Virus record (IMG/VR): IMGVR_UViG_3300047558_000077
Coordinates: 64,001 to 128,000 of that record
Direction: 5' to 3' (one strand)
Origin: a virus
Length of the DNA stretch: 64,000 nucleotides
Shown: one piece after another, positions 58,859 to 64,000 of the stretch
Position numbering within the stretch: position 1 is the stretch's first letter
Layout of the letters: every line of letters starts with the position of its first letter
Notes under the pieces: generated by a model
The model's database searches: none
What the model was told of the DNA's origin: nothing
The model's input: only the letters and a program-made list of their open reading frames with translations
Translations under genes and position numbers: made by a program

Positions 58859-59575
58859 ATGTCACGTAAGAATAGAAGAAATAGCAAGCAACAAAATCAA
58901 AATCAAAACTTTGAGGAGAACAATCATTTTGCTTTGCGTCATATCAATCCACTAACAGTAAACCAGCAAAGAGTGTGGGACGCATACAATAATGAATCTA
59001 ATCTCATGTTGCATGGCTATGCCGGTACCGGTAAAACCTTTCTATCAATGTATCTTGCACTAAAGGAGGTCCTAACCAGCGACATATATAAGAGGGTCGT
59101 TATCATCCGCTCAGTTGTTCCATCCAGAGACATGGGTTTTCTACCAGGAACAGAGAAACAAAAAGCGGAAGTATATGAACAACCCTATCAAGAAATCTGT
59201 GACAATCTATTTGGTCGTGGAGATGGATGGCGCATATTGAAACTAAAGAGACTTGTTGAGTTTACGACAACATCGTTTCTACGTGGCACTACGTTCAACG
59301 ATTCTATTATCATTGTTGATGAGTGCAACAATATGAACTTTCAAGAGATTGATACAGTTATGACTCGTATTGGTAATAACTCTCGTATCATTTTCTGTGG
59401 AGACTATCGCCAGGCAGATTTACATAAACCACATGATAAAACAGGTATCAAAGAGTTGATGGCAGTTACTCGCCGTATGCCATCATTTGAGCATATTGAA
59501 TTTGGTATTGAGGACATTGTCCGCTCTGGTGTGGTAAAAGAGTATATCATCCAGAAAACTGAAATGGGACTGTGA
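58859..59575 (+). CDS. phoH: PhoH-like ATPase
   Basis: GYAGTGKT, MGFLPG, FLRGTT, VDE, TRIG, GD..Q.D, DIVRS. Confidence 0.93.
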   Translation: MSRKNRRNSKQQNQNQNFEENNHFALRHINPLTVNQQRVWDAYNNESNLMLHGYAGTGKTFLSMYLALKEVLTSDIYKRVVIIRSVVPSRDMGFLPGTEKQKAEVYEQPYQEICDNLFGRGDGWRILKLKRLVEFTTTSFLRGTTFNDSIIIVDECNNMNFQEIDTVMTRIGNNSRIIFCGDYRQADLHKPHDKTGIKELMAVTRRMPSFEHIEFGIEDIVRSGVVKEYIIQKTEMGL

Positions 59576-59615
59576 CTAAATAGCAGGTGGGAGTGCAATG
59601 CTCCCACCTATTCAC

Positions 59616-59644
59616 TTGACAATTCAGTAAAGGTGATATATAAT
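59616..59644 (+). promoter_or_regulatory. consensus sigma70 promoter
   Basis: TTGACA-17-TATAAT, just after hairpin AGGTGGGAG/CTCCCACCT. Confidence 0.7.
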
Positions 59645-59655
59645 GAACACATACC

Positions 59656-60333
59656 ATGAAAACTTTTAGACATTTATACAACGATCCGATTCTATGTGAA
59701 CTGAAAAGGGAAGAATATAATGGCAAGCGATACTACATATCTCCAACAGGCAAGAGACTTCCCTCCGTTACTACCTTCTTATCCCATTTTAAAGGGGACG
59801 CCATCCTCAAGTGGCGGCAAAAAGTGGGGGAAGAAGAAGCGAATAAAATATCAGCAAGAGCAAGCCGAAGAGGTACAAAATTTCATTCTCTTATGGAATC
59901 TTATCTCGGAAATCAGGAAGGATTCCTAACTCACAAAGATGTTATGCCAGATATGCGACATTCTTTCAGATTGATGCAGCCTCTGGTTGACAGAATAGAC
60001 AATATACATTATATTGAGACTATGCTTTATAGCGATGCATTAGGACTCGCTGGACAGGTAGATTGTATAGCAGAGTTCGATGGTGTTCCTTCCATTATAG
60101 ATTTCAAAACATCTCTAAAACTGAAAAAAGAGGAATGGATTCTAAACTACTTTGAACAATGCACCTGCTATTCTTTGATGTATGAGGAAATGACAGGAGT
60201 GAAGTGCAAGCAGATTGTTGTATTGATAGCAGTTGATGGCGAAGACCCGCAATGTTTTGTCAAGCAACGTAAGGACTACATTCCAGAACTAGCCAATAAG
60301 ATCAAAACATTTAGACAGGAGTTTGTGTTATGA
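59656..60333 (+). CDS. PD-(D/E)XK exonuclease (Cas4/RecB-like)
   Basis: PSVTT, RGT.FH, AG.VD, IIDFKTS, Q...Y. Confidence 0.88.
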   Translation: MKTFRHLYNDPILCELKREEYNGKRYYISPTGKRLPSVTTFLSHFKGDAILKWRQKVGEEEANKISARASRRGTKFHSLMESYLGNQEGFLTHKDVMPDMRHSFRLMQPLVDRIDNIHYIETMLYSDALGLAGQVDCIAEFDGVPSIIDFKTSLKLKKEEWILNYFEQCTCYSLMYEEMTGVKCKQIVVLIAVDGEDPQCFVKQRKDYIPELANKIKTFRQEFVL

Positions 60334-60488
60334 GAAAAGCATATCTAGCAATAGCATTGGTGTTTCTTAGTTTGGGTTTGTCTGGTTGTGTTTTGGCGAC
60401 CGTCGGTAAGTGCGTTGTATGGGATGCAACTAGCCGTCCCTGTAACTGAACCAATTATAGAAGATTTTGAAAATCAGATACCAGAAGA

Positions 60489-61955
60489 ATGATTATCACT
60501 CGTAACTGGATACGTGACGACATACTCATATACACCGAGAAAGCCACTGGCGGTCTTCGTGTGTATGGTAAGAAAGACATATGCGAGTTTATCAATTATT
60601 GGAAACTGAAACTACTATCACATAATGCAAAGCCTGGTGATAAATTAGGATTTACGTTTGAGAACACCGAGATTCATTCTTATGCTCTTATGTTTGCAGC
60701 ATTTGAACTTGGGTTACGTGTTGTGGTTTTACATCGACCAAGCACAGAGAAGGAATGTTTGGCACCAAAAAGCAATGCTCATTTACCTCTAGACTTCTAT
60801 GTCTATCTCACATCATACCTAAATCGTTCAACTACTGTCACGGGTGTCAATCATTATCGAAAGCATTCTAAAGTTTGCATTAGCTATGGTCCTATGGAAT
60901 GGACCGAGTTTAGTGAAGACTTTAGATCAAATGAAGAAACACCTATAACAGTCAAACCCGACGATGTTGCTTTTTGTTGTAACAGTAGCGGTACAACCGG
61001 AGATCCTAAACTCATATCATACACACACGAGTTTCTTTACAACCTATGCACACATAACTGGCAAGACTTAGGTTATAAAGACGATGATACCATTGTGCAT
61101 CTGTCTTCCCTAAATCACGGTGGAGTCATAACTTTACTATTACCGGCACTAAGAACTTGCAAGACACACTTCTTTTATAACTACATCTTTGCAGCATCAT
61201 ATGATCGTCTTCTATCATTCATAGATGTTTGTCTAGATTATAATGTGTCAAAAATATTCTTTGCAAACGGTGGGGAGCTGAATACGCTCATTGATCACTT
61301 AATAGAAACCGATAATAAACTATCCAATGTTAGTGCCTACATTCTTTCGTTTATCAGTCCTAGATGGTCAGATACTATTCGTGATCAAAGACTAAAGGAG
61401 ATTGTTAGCGTTTTTGGTTGTAGTGAGATATGTGGTCCTGTCTTTATGCCTAGACTAGACAATAGCAATGTTGATGGCTTTGATCCAAAGTTACTAGGCA
61501 AGCCAATGACAGGCTTCTATGAAACAAAGATCATTAATAACAGAATACACACGAAACTAAAAGACGGAGGAGAGTTTGTCTTTGATGATGTTGTAGAAGA
61601 TAGAGTAGAAGGCGCTTATTTCATATCAAAGAATAGACTACAGAAGATCAATGATGTGGATATCAATCCACTGGACATTATAGAGATAGTAGAAAGATAT
61701 GTATCACGGTATGAGTTTGAGTTATATGTGGACGAAATCTATAACGAGATATACATCATAACTTCCAATGCCAATCTTGATAGAGGGAAGATAAGACAAG
61801 ACATATCTGCATTCTATCTGGACAAGATAACTCTAACCGATATCATATACGAAAAGGAACTATATGATACTCGGATCACTCACAAAGCGGAAAGAGATAA
61901 ACTATCACACATAGTTGAAAGATTCCGCTTGACATTTCAGAATAACTCTGTATAA
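60489..61955 (+). CDS. AMP-binding (adenylate-forming, ANL superfamily) enzyme
   Basis: SSGTTGDPK P-loop, L.H.G, FGCSE. Confidence 0.75.
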   Translation: MIITRNWIRDDILIYTEKATGGLRVYGKKDICEFINYWKLKLLSHNAKPGDKLGFTFENTEIHSYALMFAAFELGLRVVVLHRPSTEKECLAPKSNAHLPLDFYVYLTSYLNRSTTVTGVNHYRKHSKVCISYGPMEWTEFSEDFRSNEETPITVKPDDVAFCCNSSGTTGDPKLISYTHEFLYNLCTHNWQDLGYKDDDTIVHLSSLNHGGVITLLLPALRTCKTHFFYNYIFAASYDRLLSFIDVCLDYNVSKIFFANGGELNTLIDHLIETDNKLSNVSAYILSFISPRWSDTIRDQRLKEIVSVFGCSEICGPVFMPRLDNSNVDGFDPKLLGKPMTGFYETKIINNRIHTKLKDGGEFVFDDVVEDRVEGAYFISKNRLQKINDVDINPLDIIEIVERYVSRYEFELYVDEIYNEIYIITSNANLDRGKIRQDISAFYLDKITLTDIIYEKELYDTRITHKAERDKLSHIVERFRLTFQNNSV

Positions 61956-61965
61956 TAAATACTAT

Positions 61966-62254
61966 GCCGAGGTCGTTGAGAGGAACGGCATAGACGTTTC
62001 GGACGGGAGTTCGACTCTCCCCACCTCCACCATAGGTACACATTTTGAGGTCTTGGTCGTTACCAGCATGGCAAAAACGGCGACAATGTGTATCTTTGAT
62101 GGGGGTGTAACGGGTATCGACGGGCGTAGTAAGGGTTCAAGGAGACCAAAGGCAAATTGCAGGTGCAGCAAACGACAATGTACCATTTGATTACGCTCTA
62201 GCAGCATAATCATTGGGGTGGCGACTTCCCTAGAAACAGAAAAGTCGCATTTTC
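61966..62254 (+). ncRNA. ssrA: circularly permuted two-piece tmRNA gene
   Basis: acceptor piece with T-arm ending CTCCACCA (62032) precedes GGGGGTG...ATCGAC 5' piece (62101); G3-U70; tag (A)ANDNVPFDYALAA* at 62165-62209; outer ends approximate. Confidence 0.9.
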
Positions 62255-62267
62255 AAAAAGGATCTAT

Positions 62268-62495
62268 GTGATGACACCGGATGATATTCAAAAGTTTAGT
62301 ATGGAGATCGAGGAACTGGTCTATATGAAGGACATTCCTTATATTGATGCTGTTGTGGAATACTGTGAGATGACCGGGTTTGAAATAGAAACTGCGGCCA
62401 AATTAGTCTCCGGCGTTCTCAAATCTAAAATCAAACTCGAAGCAGAAAACCTCCACTACCTCAAAAAGTCAAACACCTCACAACTTCCTCTCTAA
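62268..62495 (+). CDS. 33: late-transcription coactivator (gp33)
   Basis: F...IE......YIDAV..YCE...EIE...KL....LK.KI..EA..L..L. Confidence 0.85.
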   Translation: MMTPDDIQKFSMEIEELVYMKDIPYIDAVVEYCEMTGFEIETAAKLVSGVLKSKIKLEAENLHYLKKSNTSQLPL

Positions 62496-62511
62496 AAGGA
62501 GAACCTATATT

Positions 62512-63360
62512 ATGTCTGAACCGCATACGATTACTAAATCGGTTTTTGACCGTGAAGAAACAACACACATCGCTAATGTCAAAGCAAAGTTGGAATCAGC
62601 ACTATCTGGTGCTGGTGTATTTGACTGTATGCAACTCAAAGTCAGCGATGATGGAGATCGTGAAGCGATAACGCATAAACTTCAACCCGATCAGCGACAC
62701 AATATTGTGATTGCCGGCGGTGTAATGGCTTCTCTTATCAGCAATGAGCATGTCAATGATATTGATGTGTTTATACTCAATTCCAAAGAATCTTTGTTCA
62801 ATTCTCTTATTCGCTTTAAAAGAGGTAAATGGAATGTTCGTTACCAACTGAATGAGGATGAAAACTATTACAATCCTCATATCATCGCTACAGCAACAAA
62901 CAAAGAATCAAAAGTTCAGTATATTCTAACGGACTTCACTAATCGACAAGATATACTAAAGGACTTTGACTTTCTACATTGTACCTGTTCGTATCACAAC
63001 GATCAGTTGTTTATCAGTCGGGAGACATATGATGCTATCGTCAAAAAGCATTTGATTTGTCAGAACAAAAAGAAGAAGCCTAAAAAATGGCGTATAGATA
63101 AGTTTCTCGGTCGTGGTTGGTCGGATCACACTAATCCAGACTATAAACTTATCACCATTTTTGACAAAGCAATTGAAAGGTCAATGGCCCAAAAGAGTGC
63201 GGCAATGCTTGAAAAATATGAGTGGCCAACCACCAGCATGGGCGCTGAATACAATGAAAAGGCATGGAAAGAACTATTCGAGAAAGATAAAGAAAAGTGG
63301 AGAGTGAAGGAAGAATCTAGTCTTCCTGACTATTGGAAAAACATTGTAAGAGAATTATGA
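62512..63360 (+). CDS. nucleotidyltransferase-like protein (Pol beta/CCA-adding head-like)
   Basis: IAGG...NDIDVF, VQ.I, FDF..C. Confidence 0.6.
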   Translation: MSEPHTITKSVFDREETTHIANVKAKLESALSGAGVFDCMQLKVSDDGDREAITHKLQPDQRHNIVIAGGVMASLISNEHVNDIDVFILNSKESLFNSLIRFKRGKWNVRYQLNEDENYYNPHIIATATNKESKVQYILTDFTNRQDILKDFDFLHCTCSYHNDQLFISRETYDAIVKKHLICQNKKKKPKKWRIDKFLGRGWSDHTNPDYKLITIFDKAIERSMAQKSAAMLEKYEWPTTSMGAEYNEKAWKELFEKDKEKWRVKEESSLPDYWKNIVREL

Positions 63361-63995
63361 AACACTTTTCTGGATATGGAGCATATCTGTTATTCTTGGC
63401 CTTGAGGACACATTTCACCAAGGCCAAGTATGACTTCTTTGAAATGAACGGCAAACTCCGTGCTAACAAAGAGTCATATGAAAAACGCAGAGATAAAATG
63501 TTCTTTGTGAAGTTGGCTAAGACATACAATACAGAAGAACTAAAATACTTCTTTGTAGCCAACTTCCTAGACGACAGACATTACATAACCGACATGTTAT
63601 CGGAGGAAGCACACGGAGCCTATTATGAATTTGAGAAACGAAGACAATCGCTATCCTATGTCTTCAAGAATGATATTGAAAAGTTATTTGAGAATGGGTG
63701 CCATTCTGCTTTCAAGTCTGATGATGGTGATTATCCTTTGCTTGTCGGCATGGTTCTCAGCCGAGATGTCTCTTTGGATTCTGCGGTTATTCTGAATGAG
63801 TTTGTTCCTTATGTGTCAAAATTTGATAAATATATGGACGACGATTGTATATGGCAAAAAGTATCAAGTAAGATCAAAAAGTATAGACCATTTCTAAAGT
63901 ATGAAAAAGATAAGATGAAGATCATACTGAAAGGTGTAATACATGAACAAAGAGAAAAGACAGAAGCGTTTTCAGCAAAAACAGCGACACATTGA
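63357..63995 (+). CDS. 59: helicase loader (gp59)
   Basis: AY...LAL..HF....YDFF...GK......Y.KRRD...F.KLA; follows gp33. Confidence 0.85.
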   Translation: MKHFSGYGAYLLFLALRTHFTKAKYDFFEMNGKLRANKESYEKRRDKMFFVKLAKTYNTEELKYFFVANFLDDRHYITDMLSEEAHGAYYEFEKRRQSLSYVFKNDIEKLFENGCHSAFKSDDGDYPLLVGMVLSRDVSLDSAVILNEFVPYVSKFDKYMDDDCIWQKVSSKIKKYRPFLKYEKDKMKIILKGVIHEQREKTEAFSAKTATH

Positions 63996-64000
63996 ACGCC

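Noticed and set aside
59656-60333. Cas4-like gene as evidence for a CRISPR system
   Set aside because: Ordinary T4-like exonuclease next to phoH; no array or other cas genes
61962-62213. Minus-strand 83-aa ORF
   Set aside because: Antisense to the tmRNA gene

Overview
64 kb segment of a large T4-like (myovirus-type) phage genome, almost entirely coded on the + strand. It has T4 core genes (gp43 polymerase, uvsX, gp40-like, gp41 helicase, gp61 primase, rnh, DNA ligase, gp33, gp59), nucleotide metabolism genes (thyX, class II nrdJ, glutaredoxin, PRTase, phoH) and dispersed lysis genes. A tRNA array of 30 recognisable tRNAs covers all 20 amino acids, with two aberrant tRNA-like RNAs and several structured spacer RNAs. 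A circularly permuted (two-piece) tmRNA gene, RtcB and a block of probable virion-internal proteins are also present. The permuted tmRNA with an ANDN...AA tag and a tRNA-His lacking G-1 (U72/A73) point to an alphaproteobacterial host; the exported RlpA, L,D-transpeptidase and BA14K-like proteins suggest Rhizobiales. Most notable observations: (1) seven early promoters carry a TGCGWC-N5-GTCGCA-type box, resembling the RegR/PrrA site, placed 11 or 20-21 nt upstream of -35; (2) an extensive translation-rescue kit (two-piece tmRNA, a tRNA-Arg-like RNA with its anticodon arm nested inside the D-stem, a 57-nt Ala-identity mini-tRNA, RtcB, an NTase); (3) a late-expressed module of a nuclease, an RNA-ligase-like protein and a cytidylyltransferase-peptidase-kinase polyprotein with prohead-protease-like sites at the domain borders; (4) a probable -1 frameshift in an internal head protein. 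All assignments come from reading motifs by eye; no searches were run.
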